Source: Octopus vulgaris
Taxonomy: Eukaryota
Length of the DNA stretch: 64,000 nucleotides
Assembly (NCBI GenBank): GCA_951406725.2
Contig: OX597816.1
Location: 18,042,001-18,106,000 of the forward strand
Direction: 5' to 3'
Numbering within the stretch: position 1 is the first letter of the stretch; each line of letters starts with the position of its first letter. This document shows positions 26,826 through 40,454 of this stretch, piece after piece. A program made the position numbers and the translations under genes. The notes under the pieces are model-generated. The model did not search any database, was not told where the DNA came from, and saw nothing but the letters and a program-made list of their open reading frames with translations.

Positions 26826-27341
26826 ACACATATATATATATACACTCTTAGTCGTTTTTTTTTCCCATGGCTTCCGATATTCGCCTATGTGTAGAAGGAC
26901 ACTCATTCTTTAGTAACTACTCCAGCTTCTGCATGTATTATTAGGTTTCTTCTTCATTATATCGATGTTTCTGTCAGTTTCCATTACATCTACGACGGCT
27001 ATCTTTTCGGTTCTTACTCTTGTTTCTCTTTTATCGTAAAGTCTTCCCTTTAGCAAGGTTTTGCAGTCGCCAATAGGAAGATCTATTGATTTAAAAATTT
27101 TGGCAATTTACATATTTACAACGTTATCTTATTCAAAGTTTCGATCTTTACAAGGTTGTATTCTTGAATGTTTCTCATATTCCCATCATTCATATTTCTT
27201 TAATTTTCTCTTTTTTATAGCTTTTGACGTACAGTATTATATAGATCTGGTGATATTGTGTCTGGTGTTATTATTTATGCATATTTTCTACACACATACA
27301 TATATATATATATGTATTATACATACATATACCTATGTATT

Positions 27342-27380
<39 letters not shown>

Positions 27381-27648
27381 TTTTACTATTCATTATATAT
27401 CTCAAGTCTTGTATTCCAAAACATATTTACAAGCTAAAATCCACTCATGAGAATGTTTAAGCAGTAATAAAACAAACCATTATTCATATTCTTTGAAACA
27501 TATATTCTGAAACCTAGAGGAATGGGAGCAATATCTAAAGTATCATAAAAGTAATAATCTATATAATGGACCGAGAAGTATAATTCACAGTAGTTCCTTA
27601 ATTTTTTAGTTGCATTATATAACTTAGGAATGACCTCGCTGACATTAA

Positions 27649-28267
27649 CCCTTTCCTTACCGTATTTATCTTGAGATGCTCTGTGTTTCTTTTAATTAAT
27701 TTAAATATAATAGAGTTTAGTAAAATAACGTAGTTATCATCAAGCTAGCATTAGGAACATAAACTGTGACTAAAGTTTGGTGGAAGATTTTAGTTCAAAA
27801 TTTATGAAAACAAGACAGACATTTGTCCTACAGAGCTATAGTGGAGGCGCAATGGCCCAGTGGTTAGGGCAGCGGACTCGCGGTCGTAGGATCGCGGTTT
27901 CGATTCCCAGACCGGTCGTTGTGAGTGTTTATTGAGCGAAAACACCTAAAGCTCCACGAGGCTCCGGCAGGGATGGTGGTGATCTCTGCTGTACTCTTTC
28001 ACCACTCTTTCTCTCACTCTTACTTCCTGTTCCTGTTGTACCTGTATTTCAAAGGGCCGGTCTTCTAACTCTCTGTGTCACACTGAATATCCCCGAGAAT
28101 TACGTTAAGGGTATACGTGTCTGTGGAGTGCTCAGCCACTTACACGTTAATTTCACGAGCAGGCTGTTCCGTTGATCGGATCAACCGGAACCCTCGTCGT
28201 CGTAACCGACGGAGTGCTTCCATCCACAGAGCTAAAGGTGGTTTTAGCCGGGTTGGTCACGAAAGTG
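27649..28267. mobile_element. Non-autonomous piggyBac-like element with TTAA TSDs, interrupted by a SINE
   Basis: TTAA|CCCTTTCCTTACC ... GGTCACGAAAGTG|TTAA imperfect TIRs. Confidence 0.65.
27841..28225 (+). mobile_element. SINE family C (OR-like), full length
   Basis: tRNA-like A and B boxes. 9-bp TSD ACAGAGCTA at 27830-27838 and 28226-28234. Confidence 0.88.
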
Positions 28268-29172
28268 TTAAAAGAGTTTTGGAGTTCCTGTCGTGTAGCA
28301 GCAAAATATTAGGTTCGATCTGCGGCAGTGGGCGTCTATATCGGTCTCCTTTTGACTCAGCAAGCTGAAACCCATCTTCAAAGTGACTGAAACCCTTCAA
28401 AAATGTCCGAAACCCTTCAAAAGCTTGTAGTTTTTTGTCGGTGTTGAATTAAAATCTTCACAGATTCTTGCTGTACTTGTCACGGTTTTAAAAGCTATTA
28501 AGATATTCTTGGCGTTATGTACTTTATGTAATTAGCAGTTTTTCTTAGTTCTGAATCATTAAGAGATTTAATCTAATCAGTTATACGAAAACTTTATTCT
28601 TTATTTTAGTAGCAGCAAAGATATCTCGTTTCTAAAAGAGATACTGATTAATATATTTTATCGTTTATTAAATGAATTAACGCACAGCTCAAATGAATTG
28701 ATGAGGTAAAAGGTCATTGAAATTGGTTTCCTATACTTCTCTATTTTGCAACAACATAATTTTTAGTGATTTTTAGAAGACATGTTTGATGTATCTGTTT
28801 CTAATTTCGGATAACTTATATTTAATATTTTCAAAATCTATGGGGTTGGGGGAACAAGTCATAAACTTTCAAGTAGTCAACTCATGCTACATTCACACCC
28901 TTCAACCCCCACTTCTGATGTCTTTGCTTGTGATTTAGTTGAGCAAAAACCTTTCCTTACAAAACTTAGTTTGGAAGTGTTTCTCTGATTCCAGATTTTT
29001 GAAATTTATTATTAAAGACAGATAAAATATTAATAGAAAACACTTGTCCTTCACTTGTGGTATCAGTTTTCTGCCTAGCAATTTTGTAATAGATGAATCA
29101 CAATCGCTGGATTTTTTTGTGAAATACGCTTCCCTACCAAGTTCAGTATTACAAGGTATTGCTAATTGACAA

Positions 29173-29404
29173 AGGCGGTGAGCTGGCAGAAACGTTAGCA
29201 CGCCGAGTGAAATGCCCAGCGGTATTTCGTCTGCCGCTACGTTCTGAGTTCAAATTCCGCCAAGGTCGACTTTGCCTTTCATCCTTTCGGGGTCGATAAA
29301 ATAAGTACCAGTTACGCACTTGGGTCGATATAATCGACTTAATCCGTTTGTCTGTCCTTGTATATCCCCTCTGTGTTTAGCCCCTTTGTGGGTAGTAAAG
29401 AAAT
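29173..29404 (+). mobile_element. SINE family A monomer
   Basis: Perfect 19-bp direct repeat AGGTATTGCTAATTGACAA at 29154-29172 and 29405-29423. Confidence 0.9.
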
Positions 29405-29599
29405 AGGTATTGCTAATTGACAATAACTTGGGTTCTTTCAATTATACTATACAGATAATCATCAGACTGCATTCCTGTAATTCTTGTTTCCAAGTAAGAA
29501 TTAGGTACTCTGCAGCAATTTCAGTAATTTCAGACAATCATTCTGAAGGTATGTGGAAGTAAATTCCTAATAAAAGCTATCTCCTACAAAACCATCCTC

Positions 29600-30010
29600 C
29601 TTAAATATTATTCGGAATAAATACTTAAGCATTTCGTATCCGTGAACGGTAATTTATTTTTGTCACCTAAGCTGAACGTTTCCATGAGATACATTTTTTT
29701 ATAGCACAACGTGGAAAATGCTACCTCCCTTGGCCAACGTGTTGGGGATATGTAATCTAACAAACAAACATCATTACAATTCACGTAAGCCATCACAGCT
29801 TCTGATAACATAGCTAAGTTCATATCAAACTCTGCAAATATTTGCACATTAATTTGGAACATCGTGTGATGCCTCCGTGAACATGAATTCATTACTAAAC
29901 AGTAAACTATATACAAAACATGAACATCGGATTTTCCATATTTTTGTATCACCTAAACACTTCATCTTAGATGCACCATCGAAGAGAAAGATGGATATGT
30001 TTGATCTCTT
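29600..30010 (-). pseudogene. Possible decayed hAT transposase fragment
   Basis: Minus peptides ISIFLFDGASKM (TDGA-like) and later TRWP..GSIF (RWLSRG-like) occur in the expected order, but the match is weak. Confidence 0.3.
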
Positions 30011-30293
30011 AAAGATAAGGAAAAGGTATGAATAGTTTTATATAGCTAAATGCGCAGCTGAGTTCTTCCTTTGGTTGAAAGGCTTGCTTCCATTGAAGAT
30101 TGATGGTTATACATTTACAAAATGTTATCACGAGTTCTGATATTAAATAAGAGCAGCTCAACAGTTGAAGTGTCACGTTTCTCATCGCATATAAGAGAGA
30201 CAAGAAGCAAAAACTCAAGTAGCCTTAGTTCTAAAACTAAATTTATTCGAGCAGTCACAAGTTACTCTTTCTTATCCTATAACATTTCGATAC

Positions 30294-30523
30294 CTATTTC
30301 TTTACAACCCACAAGGGGCTAAACACAGAGGGGACAAAGAAGAACAAGCGGATTAAGTCGATTACATCGACTCCAGTGCGTAACTGGTACTTAATTTATC
30401 GACCCCGAAAGGATGAAAGGCAAAGTCGACCTCGGTGAAATTTGAACTCAGAACGTAACGGCCGACAAAATACGGCTACGCATTTCGCCCGGCGCGCTAA
30501 CGTTTCTGCCAGCTCACCGCCTT
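30294..30523 (-). mobile_element. SINE family A monomer
   Basis: Reverse complement of the family A consensus. Confidence 0.88.
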
Positions 30524-30903
30524 CATAATATCTCAATACCGCAGTACTTATACACCAGTAGCATCATGCCTGAGTTAGTTTTGCTCTGGTCTGAACGAAA
30601 TTAAACGGGCATATATTTATAGAAATGTCCGTATTTCCACCGAAAGCGATGGCTTGTAGTTAAGGATGTGGACATTGCTTACCTGACAGCACATAAATAA
30701 ATCCGTGTATAATTCGGAACATAAGCTAATTTATTATACTCATTATTAATCGGCTTTATTATTAGTATGAAGTCAACTAATATTTTTGCACTGTCTGCGC
30801 AGTTACGGATTTACAAATAAACCGGAATGCTTACAGTAAATCGACAGCAAACTTTATATATATTTGAACAGCATGATGACAGTAGTTCTAAACATTTGTA
30901 AAC

Positions 30904-31073
30904 AGGCGCAGGAGTGGCTGTGTGGTAAGTAGCTTGCTTACCAGTCACATGGTCCTGGGTTCAGTTCCACTGCGTGGCACCTTGAGCAAGTGTCTTCTAC
31001 TATAGACCCGGGCCGACCATAGCCTTGTGAGTGGATTTGATAGAGGGAAACTGAAAGAAGCCCGTCGTATATA

Positions 31074-31114
<41 letters not shown>

Positions 31115-31580
31115 AATCCAAACGGGAAACAAAAAAACAACAACAAGGGAACAATTACAGTATTATTATTAATAGGCGCTCAGGAAATGGAAGCAGGAAG
31201 GTATGACGTTTCGAGCGGAGCTCTTCGTCGGAAACATAAAGAAGGAAGAGAGAGGAAAGAAAGATCCCGGAGCGGGCAACGGAGATAGAGAAAAAAACGG
31301 CTGGTGTTAGCAGAAGCACATGGTGAAAGGCGGATGTTTACGATAACAAGAGCATATATATATATATATGTGTTTGTGTGTCTGTGTTTGCCCCCCTCCC
31401 AACATCGCTTGACAACCGATGCTGGTATGTTTACGTCCCCGTAACTTACTGGTTCGGCAAAAGAGACCGATAGAATAAGTACTAGGCTTACAAAGAATAA
31501 GTCCTGGAGTCGATTTGCTTGACTAAAGGCGGTGCGCCAGCATGGCCTTAGTCGAATGACTGAAACAAGTAAAAGTGTAA
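30904..31580 (+). mobile_element. SINE family B split in its TA linker by a PLE-like insertion
   Basis: Head at 30904-31067, tail at 31370-31580. Confidence 0.85.
31110..31345 (-). mobile_element. Short PLE-like element with a minimal hammerhead-like motif (31201-31237)
   Basis: Minus strand reads ATGTTT-CCGACGA-A-GAGC tcc GCTC-GAAACG-TC-ATAC. Homologous to 5310-5530. Confidence 0.55.
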
Positions 31581-31799
31581 AAAGCTCAACTAACCTTGTT
31601 TTTTTTTGTTATCAAAATGTCATGTATTAATCTAAAAGTGTAAAACACTATTTCGCAGAGTCTGCATCAGTACTCAAGGGTTTAATTATAATAACGTATA
31701 TTTCTGCGAGCACAACTGTAAAGACATTCGACAATTGCAGCAAATATTTGAAACAGCATCATGGATATCGGTTATTTTTGTGTGTCTAATATAGGAACA

Positions 31800-32262
31800 G
31801 CGCAGAATTCTGCCATGAAAGATGGCAGAATCCCCAAGGACATACTCTACGGAGAGCTTTCTAGGGGTACTAGGTCTGTGGGTAGACCGATCTTACGTTA
31901 CAAGGATGTTTGCAAAAGGGACATGAAGGCCTGCAACATCAATATTAGCGGTTGGGAGGCAGTTGCCGGCAACCGTGGGGAATGGCGACGTACTTTAAAA
32001 GAGGGAATACAAAGGAGTGACAGAGAGAGAGAGAGAGGAGAAATGGAAAGAAAGGAAGAGACGTAAACAAGAGACTATGGCACTACAACCAGCCAGGAAC
32101 AGTCTTCGCTACATTTGCGGTACCTGCCAGAGGGAGTGTTTGTCCAGGATAGGACTACACAGCCACAGCAGGAAATGTATCAGGGCATGAAATATAAACG
32201 CCGGACTAGACTACTTCATGCGCAACTCCATTGTCTCCCGAGACAGAAAGGATGCCAATACC
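31800..32262 (+). mobile_element. 5'-truncated RTE-clade LINE (3' end)
   Basis: MKDGRIPKDILYGEL..G.R..GRP.LRYKD..KRDMK, then a frameshifted C-x2-C...H zinc finger (CGTCQREC..RIGLHSH). 3' stem-loop TGTCTCccGAGACA. 12-bp TSD AATATAGGAACA at 31788-31799 and 32263-32274. Confidence 0.85.
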
Positions 32263-32282
32263 AATATAGGAACAAGACGCAG

Positions 32283-32900
32283 GACGGCGAGAAGGCAGAA
32301 TCGTTAACAAGGCGAGCAAAACACCCAGCGGCATTTCGTCCGTCTTTACATTCTGAGTTGCAATTCCTCCGGTGTCTTCTTACAATTCTTTTTTTCGGGG
32401 TCGATAAAATAAGTACCAGCTGACTCCCTTTCCTGAAATTGCCATCCATGAACCAAAGTTTGAAAACGTCAAAGAAAAAGCCCAGGGCGCTGACCTGGCA
32501 AAATCCTGAGCACGTCAGACAAAATACTTACCAGTATACCGTCCGTCTTTACGTTCTGAGTTCAAATTCTGGCGAGGTTTTCTTCGCTTTTCATTCTTTT
32601 GGCGTCGACAAAATAAGTACCAGTCAATTACTAGGGTCAATGTAGTCGACTTGCCTCACACCTAAAAAAAATGTTGACCCTGTGCCAAAATTTGAAACAA
32701 ATAAAAGGACGTCAGAAATTTAGGAGAGAAGCTAGTCGATTACATCAATCTTAGGGCTCAAGTGGTACTTATTTTATTGACCTAGAGCAGAGGAAAAGCA
32801 AAGTTAACGTCGGCAGCATTTGAACTTGGAACGTAACTATCTATAAGAAATACTAATAAGTAATTTGTTAGATGCGTTAATGAATCTGCCAGATTGCTGC
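32283..32900. mobile_element. Cluster of diverged SINE family A copies in both orientations
   Basis: Recurrent GGGGTCGATAAAATAAGTACCAG-like cores. Confidence 0.7.
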
Positions 32901-32979
32901 CTTTAATTGTTTGAAATTTATGCATAAGGTTGATATAGGAGGGATTTATATAGTAGTGTATATATATATATATATATAT

Positions 32980-33330
32980 AGGCGCAGGAGTGACTGAGGG
33001 TAAGTAGTTTGCTAATCAACCACATGGTTCCAGGTTCAGTTTCACTGCGTGGCACCTTGGGCAAATGTCTTCTACTATAGCCTCAGGTCGTCCAAAGACT
33101 TGTGAGTAGATTTGTTGGACAGAAACTGAAAGAAGCCCGTCGTATATATGTGTGTGTCCCAGCATCACTTGACATCGATTCTAGCGTGTTTACGTCCCCG
33201 TAACTTAGCGGCGCGGTTTAAAGGACTGATAGAATAAATACTAGCCTTACAAAGAATAAGTCCTGGGGTCGATTTGCTCGACTAAAGGCGGTGCTCCAGC
33301 ATGGTCGCAGTCAAAATCCCAGAAAAGAAT
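32980..33330 (+). mobile_element. SINE family B
   Basis: GGCGCAGGAGTG head through to the GGCGGTGCTCCAGCATGG tail. Confidence 0.85.
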
Positions 33331-33821
33331 AAAAGATCTCACACACACACGCACACACATATATATATATATGGTAAGTTGATATATATTTCATCAAGTC
33401 TAGAACGTCTAGGACATTATTTTCTGAAACCTAAAATGATGAAAAGCAAGGTTAATTTCGGCATCGCTGGATTTGAACTCAGGGCGTAACATAACTATAT
33501 TCCCCGACGCGCAAATGGTTCTACTTGCTTGCAACCTTATCGAACCTATTTATTGTAATTCATAATTGGATGTATAGCTGCATGTACTGCTATATAATAG
33601 AAGGCACTAAAAAATCGTGTGTCTCTATCCAAAATGGCTGTTTATTAAAAATAAGATTCTATTTCAAAGTTATATTAATTTGGTAAGAGAAAATGAAATT
33701 ACATTTACTATAACTGAGATACTTGGTTGTTATTATCCCATGGTATAAGAACCACAGCAAAAATTGAAATTGATACTCGTTCTGCAGCATGGGCAGATCC
33801 CTTGAGACTGGCATCTTGTTC

Positions 33822-34143
33822 TTTTATTATTACTATTATTATTATTATTATTATTATTATTATCATCATTAATTTTATTATTATTATCATCATCATCATT
33901 AATTTTATTATTATTATTATTATTATTATTATCGTTATTATTATTATTATTATTATTATTATCGTTATTATTTTTATTATCATCAACATTATTATTATTA
34001 TTATTACTATCATTATTATTATCACCATTATTATTATCATTATTATTATTACTATTATTATTATCATCATTACCATTATTATTATTATTATCATCATTAT
34101 TACCATTATTATTATTATCATCATTATTACCATTATTATTATT

Positions 34144-34178
<35 letters not shown>

Positions 34179-34249
34179 TACCATCATCATTATTATTATT
34201 ATTATTACCATCATCATCATCATTATTATTATTATTATTATTATTATTA
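33822..34249. repeat. (ATT/ATC/ACC)n trinucleotide microsatellite
   Basis: Direct reading. It produces the poly-Ile ORFs. Confidence 0.97.
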
Positions 34250-34607
34250 ACGATTGCGGTTTAGCATTCCAAATTTTAAAATGCCACATATATTATAATC
34301 CTTACAGCTGGTTGCTTGCTAGTAACTAATAAACACAGATAACCGGCAAATGAACCAAAACAAAATAAAACAAAACGAAACCAAAAAAAATATTATAATA
34401 AAATTAATGCCAGATGTATCAACATCTTAAATTCGGCTAATTTTAAATATTAGCTCTGGGAATCTGGTTGAAATCTCTTATTTGGGTGTCTATATCTAAG
34501 TTAATGCCCTCAGCTATTTCATTTGCCTCTTCCCGTATTAGCTTCGTCTCATGTGTCTCGTCTCATAACAAATCTTAAATGAATAGGTTTCATGAAATTT
34601 CCCATCT

Positions 34608-35803
34608 GTGCATCGTTCTTTGTAAAACATCTCAACTCTTAAAGTTCATGATTTTTTCCAGATATAGCTCGAACTATATACAGCTATGTATAGTCCGCCT
34701 TTGTTTCTAAAGACGTGATTTACTGCAGATTTAGCTGCTATTTCTAGTAGGTCATGCAATTAAATAGAGGTTCCGACACAGTGCATCGTTCTTCGTAAAA
34801 CATCTCAACTCTAAAAGTTTATGCTTTTTCCAGATATATTTCTTTATTGCCCACAAGGAGCTAAACGTAGAGGGGACAAACAAGGACAGACAGAGGGATT
34901 GAGTCGATTACATCGACCCCAGTGCGAAACTGGTACTTTATCTATCGATCCCGAAAGGATGAAAGGCAAAGTCGACCTCGGAGGAATTTGAACTCAGAAC
35001 GTAACGACAGACGAAATACCACTAAGTATTTCGCCCGGCGCGCTACATGTCTGCCAGCTCGCCGCCTTATGCTTTTTCCAGATCCAGCTCGAACTATATA
35101 CAGCTATGTATAGTCCGCCTTTGTTTCTAAAGATGTGATTTACTGCAGATTTAGCTGCTATTTCTAGTAGGTCATGCAATTAAATAGAGGTTCCAACACA
35201 GTGCATCGTTCTTCGTAAAACATCTCAACTCTAAAAGTTCATGCTTTTCCCAGATATATTTCTTTATTGCCCACAGTGGGCTACACACAGAGGGGACAAA
35301 CAAGGTCAGACAAACGGATTAAGTCGATTACATCGACCCTAGTACGAAAGTGGCACTTTATTTATCGATCCCGAAAGGATGAAAAGCAAATTCGACCTCG
35401 GCGGAATTTGAACTCAGAACGTAACGACAGACGAAATACCTATTTCTTTATTACCCACAAGGGGCTAAACAGAGAGGGGACAAACAAGGACAGACATAGG
35501 TATTAAGTCGATTACATCGACCCCAGTGCTTAACTGGTACTTAATTTATCGACCCCGAAACGATGAAAGGCAAAGTCGACCTCGGCGGAATTTGAACTCA
35601 CAACGTAACGCAAACGAAATACCGCTAAGCATTTCGCCCGGTGTGCTAACGTTTCTGCCAGCTCGCTGCCTTATGCTTTTTCCTGATATAGCTCGAACTA
35701 TATACAGCTATGTATAGTCCACCTTTGTTTCTAAAGATGTGATTTACTGCAGATTTAGCTGCTATTTCTAGTAGGTCATGCAATTAAATAGAGGTTCCGA
35801 CAC
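34608..35803. repeat. Three tandem 173-bp units; units 2 and 3 carry family A SINEs (minus) at the same site
   Basis: Units start at 34608, 34781 and 35201. SINEs at about 34838-35068 and 35258-35672 are flanked by ATGCTTTTYCCWGAT. Confidence 0.88.
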
Positions 35804-36178
35804 TGCCTTGATTATCATGATAGTTGTTGGGATTGTTATTTTATTAATATCCTTATTACAGATAATACTTCAGACGGCGCTTAAGACCTTCTGAATAGCA
35901 ATATTCATTATAGTTAGCGCGGATCACGCAAGTTGTTATTTTAGACTTCTCCGTTAATATTTATTGAAAACGAAAAACATTAAAAAAACTAGCAAGCACA
36001 CTTCAAATTGAAATTAAATCATATGATATGCACTGGAAAATCAATAAACTATTTTAGAATTATGACTGGCATAACTATTTCATGTTGCATTGGAATTGGT
36101 AAATACAAGTATACAAATATTTCCATCTATCTGTCTACTACCTTCATATGCATGCATGCATGTATTATGTATGTATCT

Positions 36179-36179
<1 letters not shown>

Positions 36180-36229
<50 letters not shown>

Positions 36230-36490
36230 CCTACCTATCTCTCTATCTATCTACCTATCTACTTCTCTATCTATCTACCTATCTACCACCTACCTACCTA
36301 AACCCACCTACCTACCTACCTACCTACCTACCTACCTACCTATCTATCTATCTATATGTCTACATCTCTATCTATCTACCTCTCTCTCTCTATCTACCTA
36401 TCTACTTATCTATCTATCTATCTATCTACCTACCTACCCACACACCTCTCTCTCTACCTATCTATCTATCTAACTATCTATCTGTCTAGC
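36180..36490. repeat. (TCTA/CCTA)n tetranucleotide microsatellite
   Basis: Direct reading. Confidence 0.95.
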
Positions 36491-36542
36491 CTCATAAACA
36501 TATGCGTACATATATACTTACATACATACATATTCATTCATA

Positions 36543-36577
<35 letters not shown>

Positions 36578-36774
36578 TCACACACATACGTTAAAATATA
36601 CGCATATACGTGCATAGTATACAATAACATAAATGTGAACAAAGAGCTACAAAACATCATATAATTTATGACATGTAGAGAAGAGAGTATACAAAGATAT
36701 AACTTAAGCACAAAACAAAGATGCCACGAAGTGCATAGTGATTTCAGATAGGCGGGTACAAATCCAGGCAGTAC

Positions 36775-36999
36775 TCTCTTTACTCTTTTACTAATTTTAG
36801 TCATTTGACTGTGGACATTCTGGAGCACCGCCTTTAGTCGAGCAAATTGACCCCAGGACTTATTGTTTGTAAGCCCAGTACTTATTCTAGCGGTCTCTTA
36901 TGCCTAACCGCTAAGTTACGGGTACGTAAACCCACCAGCATCGGTTGTCAAGCGATGTTGGCTGGGGGGACAAAGAGACACACAAACATATACACACGC

Positions 37000-37031
<32 letters not shown>

Positions 37032-37180
37032 GACGGGCTTCTTTCAGTTTCCCTCTACCAGATCCACTCACAAGGCTTTGGTTGACCCGAGGCTATAGTA
37101 GAAGACACTTGCCCAAAGTGCAATGCAGTGGGATAGAACCATGTGGTTGGTAAGCAAGCCATTTACCACACAGCCACTCC
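36775..37180 (-). mobile_element. SINE family B
   Basis: Homologous to 15918-16306. Confidence 0.85.
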
Positions 37181-37280
37181 TACGGCTAATGCATTAATAT
37201 CAGATTCCTTTTTGGGTGCATCGAAATGTTTAGGTGTGCATCATATAAATCTGGCAACCAAAGGGCTGGAAACTGCATGA

Positions 37281-37323
<43 letters not shown>

Positions 37324-37350
37324 GTGGATATATACATGTGTGTGTATCTG

Positions 37351-37387
<37 letters not shown>

Positions 37388-37390
37388 ATA

Positions 37391-37431
<41 letters not shown>

Positions 37432-37515
37432 TATCTGTTATATATATATATATATATATATTGTGTGTGTGTATATTGTTATATATATATTTTTTTGTGT
37501 GTGTGTGTATATCTG

Positions 37516-37546
<31 letters not shown>

Positions 37547-37549
37547 ATA

Positions 37550-37602
<53 letters not shown>

Positions 37603-37607
37603 ATATC

Positions 37608-37644
<37 letters not shown>

Positions 37645-37903
37645 AGGTGTGGGTTTGCGTGTGTATATATGTATGTGTTTATTTCATTTTAACTTTTCTC
37701 AGTTATTAGACTCCGGTCATACCGGGGCACCGACTTCAAGAAGTTTTTAGCCGAATGTATCGAATCCATTATATTTCGAAGCCTCGTACTTATTCAATCG
37801 ATCTCCTTGGTGTAGCTGCTAAGTTACGGCGAATTAAACACCCCAGCACCAGTTATCAAGCGGTAGCTGGGCGGACCAGCAAGGGACACAAACACACCCT
37901 CCT

Positions 37904-37938
<35 letters not shown>

Positions 37939-38180
37939 AGCAATTTAATAAATAAAACATATGCATACATTCCTACATATATGTACATACCAACATCTAT
38001 ATGTATATATATATATACATACATATATGAGTACAGGACGCCACAAATAAACGTACAACACAACGAGAAACGAAAACATAATCATACAAGGAAACGGACT
38101 TTTTTTAACAACGAAAAAACAGAGTACAAGACATACAATACAAGGAATATTCCCCTTCATCAGCTGCTCCTGTTTCGACT

Positions 38181-38214
<34 letters not shown>

Positions 38215-38217
<3 letters not shown>

Positions 38218-38868
38218 TTGCAAACAACTTGCACATGCAAGTGCTACCAGTTAAAAGCTCCGTATACCGGAAGCTAGCAAGTGTATGGGGTCATCAGGAG
38301 AGAATGCGCGCCGTTTCGGGGCTTACCTCTCGACGGCATCAATGCGTACCGCCCCCCCCCTCACTGATATGAGGCCCCGCTCGCTAGATCAGCTGGTTAT
38401 GAAGAACTCAATATACTTTTAGCCATCGCTCATCATCTCGTTTTAACCAAATCCAGTGGCTAGCCTTCTCCACTGTAGATTGGATATCAGTCATGGTGAT
38501 ATTGACTTTACGATAAGTTAGGCCTAACGATAACAACAGTCGTCTCACGCTGTGTCCAACAAACCCTCTACATCCGACTTCGATAGGAAAATGTTCCGCT
38601 TTCCAACCTGCGTCTTCACATTCCTCGAGGAGGTTTTCATAACGGTTCAATTTTCGAGCTCGAGCGGCGTCCGTATTATCTTCACGAGGAACCGTTAGCT
38701 CGACTATATTTACAACTTTCTTTCTTTCACACCACATCAAAATATCTGATTTTTTCGAAACTGAGATGGGAAAGAAAACCTGGCACCCAGGTAAATCTGC
38801 AGTTACCTCCCAATAGCCGTTCCACTTTTCATTTTTCTCAGGAAGTTTCTTGATCTTCTTCTTGAAAC
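38215..38868 (-). mobile_element. 5'-truncated RLE-type non-LTR retrotransposon, HERO-like (C-terminal endonuclease plus 3' UTR)
   Basis: SDILMW..ELTVPRED...A.ARK..RY..L...C...GW....PIEVGCRGF...EKASHWIWLKR (ORF 38408-38740) fits the HERO restriction-like endonuclease tail. Flanked by TA repeats. Confidence 0.8.
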
Positions 38869-39008
38869 ATATATATATTTCTTATATTTCTTACTATTTG
38901 TCACGTGGCGAGAAGCGTGTGTGTTCAAGACAATGACAACCACCATACCCTATACATTTCTTCATATATTTATTCAAGAATGATCTGTTCTGCTCAATTA
39001 AACACAGT

Positions 39009-39056
<48 letters not shown>

Positions 39057-39294
39057 CTCTCTAATGACTGCCATATCAGAAATAAAAAAACAACACTCTG
39101 GGCCAATACGTCCAACTACATTTGTTCAAATAAATTTGTTCAAGGCGGTGCTGCAGCATGGTCACAATCTAATGAAAGAAAGAAATTAAAAAGTGAAAAA
39201 GGAGAAAAGATAAAACAAAATTATAAGAGTGGGTGTTTTTTTCCTCTTACGCCAGCAGAGCGGAACTCTAATAATAACAATAATAATAGTAACA

Positions 39295-39522
39295 AAAGGA
39301 AAAGGACAAAATATTCAGGCAAATACATAAGAAAAACACTAGGACTTACAAATATATACAACATACAGAAAATTGCACTACTTGGCACTGCACACATCCT
39401 ACGCGAAACACTTTCAATACAATAACCATCAGAGCATCACAACAAACTACAGCACATATCCAAGGCACACATAGCTGCGCTCGGTAGTGAAGTGAAAGCA
39501 CGTTATAAAAATAAAACTGCTG
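39295..39522 (+). mobile_element. Short 3' fragment of a second R4/Dong subfamily in a (TAA)n tract
   Basis: Encodes NIQKIALLGTAHILRETLSIQ* (stop 39423-39425), compared with EVQKIVLMGTAHILRKILSM* in the intact copy. The 3' UTR differs. TAA repeats lie on both sides. Confidence 0.85.
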
Positions 39523-39564
39523 AATAATATAAATAATAACAAAAAAAAAAAAAACAAAACAACA

Positions 39565-39567
39565 ATG

Positions 39568-39617
<50 letters not shown>

Positions 39618-39631
39618 TAATAATAATAATG

Positions 39632-39663
<32 letters not shown>

Positions 39664-39702
39664 TAATAATAAATAATAATAATGATAATAATAATAATAA
39701 TG

Positions 39703-39733
<31 letters not shown>

Positions 39734-39805
39734 TAATAATAATAATAATGATAATAATAATAATAATAATAATAATGATAATAATAATAATAATAATAAT
39801 AATAG
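39565..39805. repeat. (TAA)n microsatellite with TGA interruptions
   Basis: Direct reading. Confidence 0.97.
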
Positions 39806-40454
39806 TAATTTGAATTACCCTCAAAATAAATAAAAAAAAAATTACATATCTACAGCTCATACAAACGTACACCTAACAAGAAAAATTAGAAACATAAATA
39901 TCTCCAATTCTGTGTGAACATTTACATTTAGTCGTTTCTCATGACTATAAGAATGTGTAAAATTGCCTTTTAAATTACCTTTTATTGTAACAACACAATT
40001 AAATGCACGATAAAAAGTTATGGAATTAAGCACCTACTACTATATACATACAACTGAATTCAGAAATTTAAAAATATATACATAACATTGAACTCAGAAA
40101 GTTATTTAAAAAAAGAAAATAAAAAATCTTCGACGAAAACATCAGATAATATGTGTGAGTGAATATACATATATATACATATACATATGCATGTGGTGAA
40201 GAAGAAAAGAGAAAGGAAAAAAAAAAAAAAAATAAATAAATAAACGTAAACAGGTTTGACCTTTTACTGACCATTAACGTCCTTTGTCTCCACCATCTAC
40301 CGTGGCTATTTATAGACCCAAAGAACATGAATTCTTTAACCACCCATTTTCCAACACAATGGAGTGTTGATGGTGGCTGTGGCTACACATAAAACAATGT
40401 CATTGAAGATGATGATGGTGATGGTGGTGAAGATGATAGTAATAACAATAATAA

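Noticed and set aside
27843-27915. Functional tRNA genes (also 45169 and 30904)
   Set aside because: The tRNA-like heads continue into SINE bodies (27843 also has a TSD) and lack a proper acceptor stem or terminator.
34608-34790. 173-bp tandem unit as another ribozyme repeat (shares GTGCATCGT with the array's stem III)
   Set aside because: No CUGANGA/GAAA core in the right arrangement was found. The 9-nt match is probably chance.
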